Shown here piece after piece: positions 1-9,112 of a stretch of 64,000 nt of DNA. The position numbers were made by a program, and so were the translations under genes. The first letter of the stretch is position 1; each line of letters starts with the position of its first letter. The stretch lies in contig JBHHVF010000001.1 in NCBI GenBank assembly GCA_046754145.1, positions 5,791 to 69,790 on the forward strand, given 5' to 3'. The notes under the pieces were generated by a model, which worked only from the letters and a program-made list of their open reading frames with translations, had not been told where the DNA came from and searched no databases. This DNA is from Nitrosopumilus sp. (GTDB lineage Archaea; Thermoproteota; Nitrososphaeria; Nitrososphaerales; Nitrosopumilaceae).

Positions 1-1
1 T

Positions 2-130
2 GTCTTAGATAACCTTGCATTAGGAACTACGTGGAATGATGTTAATTATATGGATAAAGAATACAAAATATCATTAACAACTACTAAAGGGAATTTCTTT
101 ACAACGATTGCTAGTCCATTCAATACATAG
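2..130 (+). CDS. 3' end of a CDS entering from the left window edge (hypothetical, part of the surface/pilin-like locus)
   Basis: Frame open from the edge to TAG at 128-130 (..KEYKISLTTTKGNFFTTIASPFNT*). The stop abuts the ATG at 131. Confidence 0.35.
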   Translation, partial: VLDNLALGTTWNDVNYMDKEYKISLTTTKGNFFTTIASPFNT

Positions 131-859
131 ATGAAAAGGAAATTAAAATCAATGTCAAATCAAAACTCACACAAGAAAAAAAACTCACGTTTAAGGAATA
201 GACGTGCTGTAGCTGATATAATTAGTACTATGATGCTAATGGGGGTTACTGTAACTGGTGCCAGTACTTTAACTTATTTTATGAATGATGCATTTGTATC
301 TGGCAATCTTGGTACTGCATCAACATTGGATTCTTCTTCATTGAATATGTTGCTTCTTGCATATGACACAAGAGACTCTTCAACATTATTAACTTTACAA
401 GATGTTGATAATCAATACAATGGTTTTTTGTGTGGTTCTGGTGTTGGTACTAGTTGTCTTGGTGTTACTAATGACATCCCTACAAATGGCGGTACTGAAT
501 TTATTGTATTTCAAGTTCAAAATAATAACCTTGATTCAATGTTTCTTCATGATATTTCATTAAATGGTGTGAGCTATGATTGGGATTCTTCTACCGCTGG
601 TGTTACATTAGATACTACTGCACCTTTAACTTCTGGCAAATACCCATCTGATGGAATGTTTTCAATTTTGCCTGTTGGAAGTGCCCCCATTAAACAAAGT
701 AGTAGTATTCAACTTCAAAGTGGTGATATAGTAAATGTCTTAGTGAAACTTAGTTCTACAGAACCTGATATCCAACTAAATCAAGGAATTCGTCTTCTTA
801 TAGATCTTGGAAATATTCACCCTATAGAATTTGTACTAGAAGCTGGTGATGCACGTTAA
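131..859 (+). CDS. archaeal type IV pilin-like protein (class III signal peptide N-terminus)
   Basis: Basic N-terminus followed by RRAVADIISTMMLMGVTVTGAS, as in the archaeal pilin N-terminal domain. The rest is Ser/Thr/Gly-rich. Confidence 0.7.
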   Translation: MKRKLKSMSNQNSHKKKNSRLRNRRAVADIISTMMLMGVTVTGASTLTYFMNDAFVSGNLGTASTLDSSSLNMLLLAYDTRDSSTLLTLQDVDNQYNGFLCGSGVGTSCLGVTNDIPTNGGTEFIVFQVQNNNLDSMFLHDISLNGVSYDWDSSTAGVTLDTTAPLTSGKYPSDGMFSILPVGSAPIKQSSSIQLQSGDIVNVLVKLSSTEPDIQLNQGIRLLIDLGNIHPIEFVLEAGDAR

Positions 860-863
860 ATCC

Positions 864-871
864 TTTAAAAT
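864..871 (+). promoter_or_regulatory. TATA-like box (TTTAAAAT) between the pilin-like gene and the 575-aa ORF
   Basis: A/T box immediately after the stop at 857-859. It would place a transcription start near 893-897. Confidence 0.3.
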
Positions 872-921
872 CTGATTTTCATCCTAAATTTAGGCGTGGA
901 ATCTCCTCTATTGTAGGGGCA

Positions 922-2649
922 TTGTTCTTTACTGTGCTAATGGTTGCTGGTTTTTCAGTACTAAGTTTAGCCTTAGATGCTCAAACCGATATTGTCACTA
1001 CACAAAGGATTGTATCTGATATTGAAATAAAAAAACAACAAGAACAGTTTGGTGTTTCAGCATCTACAGATGCAAATGATCTTCTAAGTGTTAACATCAA
1101 TAATCTAAGTCAAAACCCTGTTGAAATTTCGAGTATGTGGATTACAAATAAAACATTATCTGATCAACCTGCAACAAGATACACGATAAATTATGATGAT
1201 GCATTTATTCCTTCAGGTTTTACTTCTAATGTTGTTTCTGGACAATCCCTTGCGATGATTCCTGATACATATGACATCAAAGTAATTTCTGCCTTGGGTT
1301 CCATTAAAACTGTTGAATTAGTAGTAGGTGCTGGTGCTTCAACAAGTGGATTGAGAGCCGAATTAATTACAGATCCTCCTGATGTTATTATTGGACAAAA
1401 TGTTACAATTGCAATGATTGTTACTAATACTGGTGAAGGAATAATCCAAAACGTTGAACCCGATCTTCTTTCTGTAGGTGGGGCTGGTTCAATTATCGCT
1501 TCAACTCCTCATACTCCTTTATCTGTTAATTTGGATAGAGGAGAATCTGTAATGTTTTCTTGGGATTATCAAGTGACAGGTGATAGTGGAGATGATCTAA
1601 CTTTTTCTGCTATTGCAAGAGGTGATGCTATAACTCCTGATGATGTGTGGACAAATGTTGTTTCTGATACCAGTATTTTAAGAGAACCAACTGATGGCGG
1701 TACTAGTACTACTGAATTAATTGTTTTAACCCAAGATCTTTTAGCAAGACCTGAAATGTTTGTTATTGTTCCAGGTCCTTTTGGAGATGATGGTCAAAAA
1801 GCATTATGGGGAGTAAATATTGTAAATCCTACTGCACAAGACCTTTTTGTGAGTAAGGTTGTTGTAGCTGTATCCACTTCTCAACCCACTGGTTCTGACA
1901 TTATAATCAATTCTGGTTCTTGTGGTGCAACTGCAATACCTGGAACTCCTATAGGAACTTGGAGTTGTCCTGCAGACAACCAGGTAATGTGGAAAAATCT
2001 TTCAACTCCTGCACAAGTCCCAGGTTTTTCTTCAGTCCCATTTTTAGTCAAAATCAATCCTGGCTCTATTTCTGGAGGGCCTGATGCCTCCTTAGAAACA
2101 ATTCCTGTAACAGCTACGGTATTTACCACATTAGGGCAATTTGGAAAATCAGGATATGCAACATCATTGGATAATGGGGGTGCTCCTCTTGCAAATGTGT
2201 ATCTTACTGACAATCCTGGTTCTACTGCAGATGGAGATATTCTTACAACCGTTTCTGGAATTTCTAGTGGCAGCACAGTCAAACTTAATGCAACTTTAGC
2301 TGATTTTGATACTGGTACCACACAATTTATTGACAAAGATGTTTCTAGATTAATTATAAACATTCCAAAAGGTTGGACCAACCCTAATGTTCTAAATGCT
2401 CCTGGATTTAATGTTGTTACCCCAATCCAAACTTTTGCTGATGGTTCCTCTCAAATTGTGGGCTTTCTTATCTCTGATTTAACTGGGGCAGGTGGTGTTG
2501 CTCAAACTATTGAGTTTGAAGTTACTGCACCTACTGTGACTTCTACACAACTTTATGTAATGTATGTACTTGCAGATGGTACCACTAAACTAGGGGATAA
2601 TGCCTTGGGACCTTTAAGTGAAGTATTATTACAAGTGGTTCCACCATAG
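922..2649 (+). CDS. large surface protein with pilin-like hydrophobic N-terminus and CARDB-like beta-rich domains
   Basis: TTG start in the ORF track. The frame is open from 850 and encodes KFRRGISSIVGA directly upstream of MFFTVLMVAGFSVL. NVTIAMIVTNTGEG-type segment; Thr/Ser/Gly-rich. Confidence 0.7.
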   Translation: MFFTVLMVAGFSVLSLALDAQTDIVTTQRIVSDIEIKKQQEQFGVSASTDANDLLSVNINNLSQNPVEISSMWITNKTLSDQPATRYTINYDDAFIPSGFTSNVVSGQSLAMIPDTYDIKVISALGSIKTVELVVGAGASTSGLRAELITDPPDVIIGQNVTIAMIVTNTGEGIIQNVEPDLLSVGGAGSIIASTPHTPLSVNLDRGESVMFSWDYQVTGDSGDDLTFSAIARGDAITPDDVWTNVVSDTSILREPTDGGTSTTELIVLTQDLLARPEMFVIVPGPFGDDGQKALWGVNIVNPTAQDLFVSKVVVAVSTSQPTGSDIIINSGSCGATAIPGTPIGTWSCPADNQVMWKNLSTPAQVPGFSSVPFLVKINPGSISGGPDASLETIPVTATVFTTLGQFGKSGYATSLDNGGAPLANVYLTDNPGSTADGDILTTVSGISSGSTVKLNATLADFDTGTTQFIDKDVSRLIINIPKGWTNPNVLNAPGFNVVTPIQTFADGSSQIVGFLISDLTGAGGVAQTIEFEVTAPTVTSTQLYVMYVLADGTTKLGDNALGPLSEVLLQVVPP

Positions 2650-3033
2650 TTTGAGTACTTGATATTTTGTAAGTTATAATATTAATATAAAGTCTTGAAT
2701 TAAAATATGTTTTTTATTTCATATCACTAAAAAATATTGATTTGTCAGTATTTTGTTTACGTCATCAAGATATTGTTTTCGAGTACTGCTCACAAACTTC
2801 CATCGTGTTTGCATCCATTCTTCTAGAATTTGATAAATTTGTGTAAGATCCTTGCATGATTCTAATTCTTGTTTTGCAATATCAATAAGTTCTTGTAGTC
2901 TTAGTTTTTCTCTCTAAGTTTGGACGTGTTCTGTCATTTAATATTTTCCTGTATTAATTATCTAAAAGACTCACTATCAAGTTCTTAGAATAATGATATT
3001 GTCAATTATAATTCCAAGTAATAAAAAAATAGG

Positions 3034-4422
3034 TTAGAGTGTAGGATCTATCATGACATAGTTTACATTGTAAACACTATTCATGTTGGTTCCAGTACAC
3101 TTTACAACTACTACGTTATTTGTAGATGGGTTTGTTGGAAACGACTCGTTATCACTTTGATCAACCAAGAAAAATGATGGCTTATCATGCTGTACAATTG
3201 CTTCTATGTCACATGCTGGGCTTATTGCACCATTATCTGTTTCAAGTTGTCCAGCTTGTAATACACTAAACAAAACAATTGTTGTGTCAGATGTTAATGC
3301 AGAATCTACTATTGCAAATCTTCCATCAGAAGGATTTACTATTTCAATACATGCATTTTTATCAGCTGCATTTGTAATTGCATCACAACTATCTGCCATC
3401 ATTTTATCTCCAAGTTTTACTTGCATTGAGAAGTTTCTGAAGATAATTCCACCTTCACCTGATCCTCCAGTACCGTTATCATCATTGTAGATGGTACAAG
3501 AAAGTGTCTTTCCTTTCTTGATGGTAAATGGCTCATCTATCATTGCTGGACACTTAGTATCTCCTGCTATCAGTACTGTGGTGTAAGTTCCTATGACTGT
3601 ATTTGCAGTTGTTTCACTAATCTTGTAGGTGCCTACTGGAACTTCATTTACATTAATTGCAGAGTCTATAGAATTATCCTGATCATGAACTAGGATAATT
3701 GCTTCATTGGTCTCTACATTGGTTAATGTTATTGTAAAGTCTTCAGGAGTTGCATTTCCACCATTGTCATTTGTGATTGCTTTTCTTATCACAATATTTC
3801 CCATCTGTTCAGGTTTTGTTTGATCTTCACAAATTAGAGGATCAAACTCTGGAATTGATGTTTTATCATTTTTAAGACCATCTGTTATCCCTAGTGAATA
3901 TCCGTTGTTACTTACAGTTAGTCCTTTGAATAATGGTTGTGAACATGATGTGTGTATCTCCATTGAAGCAACTAATTGATCATCTAAGCCTTCTACAACT
4001 TTATAAATTGCAAATGCTGTATTTGAATTTAGTTTATCTTTTCCAAAACTAGATGATAAAAGCTGATAACCAATACCTGATGCAACATCATTAATACTAG
4101 TTAATTTTTTATCTGGATTGTTAATGTTTTCTAATTTTTTGAAAACTTCGATTCTAAATTCACTTAATTCTTCCCCTGTAGGAGCAGAAAAAATGAACTT
4201 TAGCGTATCTGGTTTTTCACAATCACATGGGTCATCTGGTTTATCTTCACCACAATCATCATGATGTCCATAGGAATCATTTTCACAATCATCGTAGCCA
4301 TCATGATTGTTATATGTTGAAAATGCGTTTGGGGGCGTTATTGCAAATCCACCAATTATCAAAATTGATGCAATTACTGAAATTGTCAAAGTCGTCATTA
4401 ATTTTGTCATTGATTTACGCAT
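3034..4422 (-). CDS. secreted/anchored protein with Asp/His/Cys-rich N-terminal segment and prealbumin-like (Cna-B/SpaA-like) beta domain
   Basis: N-terminal TM/signal (LMTTLTISVIASILIIGGFAI), then HDGYDDCENDSYGHHDDCGEDKPDDPCDCEKPD. Later PEDFTITL..VPVGTYKISE motif. Confidence 0.6.
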   Translation of the reverse strand: MRKSMTKLMTTLTISVIASILIIGGFAITPPNAFSTYNNHDGYDDCENDSYGHHDDCGEDKPDDPCDCEKPDTLKFIFSAPTGEELSEFRIEVFKKLENINNPDKKLTSINDVASGIGYQLLSSSFGKDKLNSNTAFAIYKVVEGLDDQLVASMEIHTSCSQPLFKGLTVSNNGYSLGITDGLKNDKTSIPEFDPLICEDQTKPEQMGNIVIRKAITNDNGGNATPEDFTITLTNVETNEAIILVHDQDNSIDSAINVNEVPVGTYKISETTANTVIGTYTTVLIAGDTKCPAMIDEPFTIKKGKTLSCTIYNDDNGTGGSGEGGIIFRNFSMQVKLGDKMMADSCDAITNAADKNACIEIVNPSDGRFAIVDSALTSDTTIVLFSVLQAGQLETDNGAISPACDIEAIVQHDKPSFFLVDQSDNESFPTNPSTNNVVVVKCTGTNMNSVYNVNYVMIDPTL

Positions 4423-4533
4423 GCATGTCTGCTTAAACTAATGATGTTGTGCAGTCTGAACAACATTTGTTACTGCTGTATCATTTGAACAAAGATCTCT
4501 TTAACATCTTTTTTGATTCTTAAAAATTCAGAA

Positions 4534-5121
4534 ATGACAAAACTACAGTCAAAACAAAACAAGTTGACATCAAGAAGAGCAGTTGCTCCAGTTATAGCAA
4601 CACTTCTTCTAGTAGCAATCGCAGTCGTTGGTGGCAGTATTGTCTTTGTGTTCTCACAAGGATTCTTTAGTTCCGCTCAAGTCAGTGGCTCACCAAACAT
4701 TGAATCTATAAAATTCATTGGCTATGATACTACCGATGGTGTTACCTTGTTAAATCATGATGGTACCGTGTTTCCATCAACAAACACTGCAGGCGATGGT
4801 CTTGTATTAGGTGAAGAAATAGCAGTATATCTACAAAGTAATAGCGTAGGCAAGTCTTCACTATCTGAAATACGATTTGCTGGTACAGTATACAACTATA
4901 CTACTGCCACACCAACAAATGGTGAGTATCAAGTTCTTACAAGAGGGCCAAGTACCATATTGACATCATCATCTGCAGAAATTCAACCAGGCCAACAAGT
5001 GACAGTCCTCTTAACTCTAGATGAGAATGTCAAATCTGGAAGAGACCTACAGTTCAAACTAACAACTGCAAACGGTGCTGTATATGTTGGAACCATCGTT
5101 GCTGGTCAACAAAGTGGATAA
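4534..5121 (+). CDS. archaeal type IV pilin-like protein (class III signal peptide)
   Basis: MTKLQSKQNKLTSRRAVAPVIATLLLVAIAVVGGSIVF matches the archaeal pilin N-terminal pattern. The ORF track starts at TTG 4513; ATG 4534 is preferred. Confidence 0.75.
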   Translation: MTKLQSKQNKLTSRRAVAPVIATLLLVAIAVVGGSIVFVFSQGFFSSAQVSGSPNIESIKFIGYDTTDGVTLLNHDGTVFPSTNTAGDGLVLGEEIAVYLQSNSVGKSSLSEIRFAGTVYNYTTATPTNGEYQVLTRGPSTILTSSSAEIQPGQQVTVLLTLDENVKSGRDLQFKLTTANGAVYVGTIVAGQQSG

Positions 5122-5171
5122 CTCCACCCTTTTTTCCTTTTTATGAAAAAAAACGGAGTAAAAATGAAAAA

Positions 5172-7901
5172 ATGGAGAAAAAAATGAAAACAAAAAAACC
5201 AATTATCTTCTTACTTGCTTTATCTCTATTATTTGGAGGAAATTTACATTCTGTATCAGCACAAAATCTAGAGGCATTATCTGAGTATTCTATAAAACTT
5301 GCTATATCTCCATCTCACTTAGAAACTGGAATGGCAGAGCATCAAGTTGGATATCTTTATGTTCTAAGTAAACATGGTGTCCCAATTACTTCTTCATATG
5401 ATGTTCCAGTTAGTTTGAATTCAGATGATCCAACCATCGCATCTGTTCCTAAACAAGCCATTTTAAAGGCTAATGAAGAATTTGTCTCTTTTCCTGTGAT
5501 TACAAGTGAAAAATCTGGAAAAACTACCATTACTGCAAGTCTTAATGGAAAAACTACCTTTCAAAAAATTGAGATAGGAACTGATAAAACATATCTTCCT
5601 GATGATTTGATTTTAGAATTAAATTTACCTACAAATGAAATGCACGTAAATTCTGAAATGCCTTTTTCAGTTTATTTTAAAACTCTTGATGGTGTTTTAG
5701 TTCGTGCACCTAATGACCTTAAAATTATGATAGAACATGAGGATCTATTGGCATCTCCAAATTCAGAAACACTGATCATTAAACAAGGTGCATATTATGC
5801 ATGGGGAACTTTATCTGCACATGAAAGAACAGGAAACACCTTCTTGAGAGCAATTCATGAAGATACCGGCCTTGATGTTGCAAAGAGTATTAAAATCTCA
5901 TCCACACTGCCAACATCTTTAAAATTAACTGTGTTTCCAAAATTAATTCCAGCAGAAATTAATAGACAATTAGATATTTTTGTTACTGTAGTAGATTCTG
6001 AGGGAAATCCTACAAAAACTCCTGATGATATTCCTTTGGAATTTTTCTCCAGTGAACAATATCCTATTGGTGAAAATCTAGCAAATTTTGTCAAATCTGA
6101 TAAACCTATGATAAAAAAAGGTGAATTTGGATATTTACTTCAAGAAGATTTTAGCATACAAAACTTACTTGGAAATGACATTTTGATTGGAGTTACTGCT
6201 GTTGGTTATGGAACTGCAACTGATACTTTTCGAACTGTTGGAACTTCCATAGAAGGCATAAACAATGTCAAACGAACAATAAATAATGTATTTGATTATG
6301 GATATGACATAAAAGATTATGATCATACTGTTTCTGTATATGGTCTAGAAAACATTCCAAGTAACGCTACTGCCTTTTTTACTTATCAATTATCCATTAT
6401 TGAAGATGATGAAGATGATGATGGCATACGTCCTGATGGTAGTTTGATTAACATTCATCCAGAATGTGCCCAACAAGAAGATGAAGAAGATGGTGGTGAG
6501 TCTGATGATGAAATTACACACAATACTGAATTAGATTCTGAAGATATTATTTTGTATTCTATTGATTGTTTAGAAGAAGATGAACTTTATCCTGTACAAA
6601 CAAAAGAAAATCAATATAGTGATGGGTATGTTCAAAAAATAAATGTAATCTCTAGTGATGATGAACTAGCCAAAATAGTTGATGGCGGACAAATCCTTAG
6701 CTCTTATTCATTTGGTACTGCAGAAATTGCTACTGGGCAAAAAACAGGACCTCTTACGATTTCAACTTCTGTTAATGGTGTGGGCACTGGTTCTTTTTTT
6801 ACTAATGTAATTAATACCTTAGAACAAAAAGAAGTACGATTATTTTCACCTACTGGTACAGATAGTCTAATTTTTGATCGTGATGGATTTTTTGATATTT
6901 TTTTGATTGCACTTGATGGCAGCGAACGACCAAAAGTAATGAAAGAAACTGCAAAATATTTGGTTACACCAACTAATGGTTTGGTTGAAATTGATAAGGG
7001 CTCAACTTTCACTTTTACGCAATTACATAGTGATTCTTTTGATGTGTCTGTAGGAGAAACAACAATCCCTCTTACTGTAGTACCTATTGGTGAAAACGCT
7101 GATTTTGATTTGAAAGGAAGTAAAACATTCATTACTAAACCATCTTCGCAACTTCAAGTCATTTTACCTATTGAAAAGATTAATGCAAATCATGTAGAAA
7201 ATATTGGAGTTATTCAATTAGTAGATTTACAAGGAAATCCTGTACTTCCAAAATTTGATGTAAAATCAAAAATTGTATCTTCACAAAACAACGTTCTTCA
7301 AATACTTGATGACTCTGTAATTCCTGTTGGTTCATCATATACCACATTTCCAATCAAGACTAGTGGGTCTGTTGGGGATTCAATAATTTCTGCAAGTGCT
7401 AAGGGCGTTAATGGAACTTCAATGATGATTAATGCCGCTTCATCTCAAATCCAGTTACAAGTTTTTACTGGTGGTCTATCAGAAGAAATTCCTGTAAATG
7501 AACCTGTTGAATTTAGATTATTTGTTGATGATGAAAATGCAGATTCTGTTTCAGGTGCATCAATTAAAATAATAACTGATGATACTGTATTGATAACTCC
7601 TGAAGTTGTAAGAACAAGTTCTGATGGTAGTGCTATTGTTAGTTTGACTGCATTTGAAGGACCTGATATCTCTTTTGACATTATTGCAACTGCTGAAGGA
7701 TATGCAGAAGGTCAGGATACATTTACTGTAAATGTTGATGCCCCAGAAAGGGTATTTGATGCAATTGATTTAGAATTACCAGAATGGATTATCTATATTG
7801 TAATTGGTGGAATTTTGATGGTTGGAGTTGTAGTATTCATGTTCTTGAAAAAATCTAAAGCCAATTTAGAAGAAGAATGGGAAGAGGAAGAAGAGATTTA
7901 G
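5172..7901 (+). CDS. large cell-surface protein: signal peptide, repeated Ig-like/Big-like modules, acidic insert, C-terminal TM anchor
   Basis: N-terminal signal (IIFLLALSLLFGGNLHSVSA). Recurrent ~100-aa beta-rich modules. DEDDDG/EDEEDGGESDDE insert. C-terminal IYIVIGGILMVGVVVFMFL followed by a charged tail. Confidence 0.75.
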   Translation: MEKKMKTKKPIIFLLALSLLFGGNLHSVSAQNLEALSEYSIKLAISPSHLETGMAEHQVGYLYVLSKHGVPITSSYDVPVSLNSDDPTIASVPKQAILKANEEFVSFPVITSEKSGKTTITASLNGKTTFQKIEIGTDKTYLPDDLILELNLPTNEMHVNSEMPFSVYFKTLDGVLVRAPNDLKIMIEHEDLLASPNSETLIIKQGAYYAWGTLSAHERTGNTFLRAIHEDTGLDVAKSIKISSTLPTSLKLTVFPKLIPAEINRQLDIFVTVVDSEGNPTKTPDDIPLEFFSSEQYPIGENLANFVKSDKPMIKKGEFGYLLQEDFSIQNLLGNDILIGVTAVGYGTATDTFRTVGTSIEGINNVKRTINNVFDYGYDIKDYDHTVSVYGLENIPSNATAFFTYQLSIIEDDEDDDGIRPDGSLINIHPECAQQEDEEDGGESDDEITHNTELDSEDIILYSIDCLEEDELYPVQTKENQYSDGYVQKINVISSDDELAKIVDGGQILSSYSFGTAEIATGQKTGPLTISTSVNGVGTGSFFTNVINTLEQKEVRLFSPTGTDSLIFDRDGFFDIFLIALDGSERPKVMKETAKYLVTPTNGLVEIDKGSTFTFTQLHSDSFDVSVGETTIPLTVVPIGENADFDLKGSKTFITKPSSQLQVILPIEKINANHVENIGVIQLVDLQGNPVLPKFDVKSKIVSSQNNVLQILDDSVIPVGSSYTTFPIKTSGSVGDSIISASAKGVNGTSMMINAASSQIQLQVFTGGLSEEIPVNEPVEFRLFVDDENADSVSGASIKIITDDTVLITPEVVRTSSDGSAIVSLTAFEGPDISFDIIATAEGYAEGQDTFTVNVDAPERVFDAIDLELPEWIIYIVIGGILMVGVVVFMFLKKSKANLEEEWEEEEEI

Positions 7902-7905
7902 TTTT

Positions 7906-8121
7906 CTATATTTTCTCTAGTCTTTTTTTATCTCTACAAATTCCACAAAGATAATTTTTCTTAAAATACTCTAATTCTGTTTCAAAAGTTTTAGTTTGAT
8001 AGTACTTTTCCCCTGCCTTTAATCCTCCAGGCACTTTTTTACCGCAATTAGTACAATGAATTTCTACATCAAATCTTACAATTTTTTCATTTTCTGAGAT
8101 TTTTCCAATTATCATAGGCAT
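7906..8121 (-). CDS. small zinc-ribbon protein
   Basis: Two CxxC pairs (CTNCGKK .. CGICRDKK) in 71 aa. Confidence 0.5.
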   Translation of the reverse strand: MPMIIGKISENEKIVRFDVEIHCTNCGKKVPGGLKAGEKYYQTKTFETELEYFKKNYLCGICRDKKRLEKI

Positions 8122-8198
8122 GTTTTACTTAATTTTCATATAAACAATAGCCTGAAATCAAAACTCATGAATATTATACTGAAAAACTACCCCTTCTT

Positions 8199-9086
8199 TT
8201 GATGCTCTCAGTATGGTTTCGTGTAATTCGGGTAAGATTTCTTCTTGCATCTGTAATTGCAGTTTCAGTTGGATTGGCACTTACCTGGTGGCAAAATTTT
8301 TCAATAGATCCACTTGATGCAATTTTGATATTTGCTGGAGTGATAGCACTTCATGCAAGTGTAGATTTGCTAAATGATTTTTGGGATTTTAAAAGAGGAA
8401 TTGACACAAAAACTAAACGAACCAAAATGAGTGGTGGAACTGGTGTATTGCCAGAAGGATTACTCAAACCATCTTCTGTATATCGTGCAGGAATTACATT
8501 TTTGATAATTGGCTCTGTAATTGGAGCTTATTTTGTAATTACCGATGGCATTATTATTGGAATGATTCTCGGCTTTGCAATTTTATCAATTTATTTTTAT
8601 TCTACTAGAATCGTTGATTCTGGTTTAGGTGAATTTTTTGTAGCAGTCAAAGGATCTATGATTGTTATTGGTACATATTATATTCAATCAGGACAAATTA
8701 CCGCTGAAGCAATTCTTGGAGGAATAGTTGTAGGATCATTATCTTCACTCGTACTTTTCATTGCCTCATTTCCTGATCATGATGCTGACAAGTCTAAAGG
8801 GCGAAAAACTTTGGTTATTGTAGTGGGAAAACAAAAGGCTACAAAACTTTTTTGGGTTTTTCCAATATTATCATACCTTGCAATAATAATTGGTGTGTCT
8901 ACAAATTTGTTTCCTATGTTGTCGTTAATCACTTTGTTTAGTATTCCATTAATGATAAAATCAGGATTAGGATTAAAGAAAAATTATGATTCTGTTGAAA
9001 ACCTATTTCCGTTTATGTCTTTGACTTTGAAGTTTAGTAGAATTACTGGAGTACTATTTGTTGCTAGTTTTTTGATTGGATTGTAA
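8199..9086 (+). CDS. UbiA-family prenyltransferase, MenA-like
   Basis: Polytopic membrane protein with DLLNDFWDFKRGID (the NDxxDxxxD motif of UbiA/MenA enzymes). Confidence 0.8.
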   Translation: MMLSVWFRVIRVRFLLASVIAVSVGLALTWWQNFSIDPLDAILIFAGVIALHASVDLLNDFWDFKRGIDTKTKRTKMSGGTGVLPEGLLKPSSVYRAGITFLIIGSVIGAYFVITDGIIIGMILGFAILSIYFYSTRIVDSGLGEFFVAVKGSMIVIGTYYIQSGQITAEAILGGIVVGSLSSLVLFIASFPDHDADKSKGRKTLVIVVGKQKATKLFWVFPILSYLAIIIGVSTNLFPMLSLITLFSIPLMIKSGLGLKKNYDSVENLFPFMSLTLKFSRITGVLFVASFLIGL

Positions 9087-9112
9087 CACTTTAGACATAA
9101 ATTTAGTAACCA

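Noticed and set aside
842-925. Programmed frameshift fusing the 242-aa pilin-like ORF to the 575-aa ORF.
   Set aside because: The two frames overlap by only ~8 nt (850-857), with no slippery heptamer or homopolymer. Both proteins would also then carry internal pilin signals, which makes no sense.
1881-2381. Long antisense ORFs inside confident genes: 1881-2381, 6704-7132, 11516-12076 (186 aa), 13254-13580, 20108-20563, 31889-32191, 34413-34616, 56628-56840.
   Set aside because: Each lies fully within, and opposite to, a gene with clear family motifs. Their translations are low-complexity (Ser/Phe/Ile/Leu-rich), with no motifs and no promoters. This is the usual shadow-ORF effect of biased codon usage.
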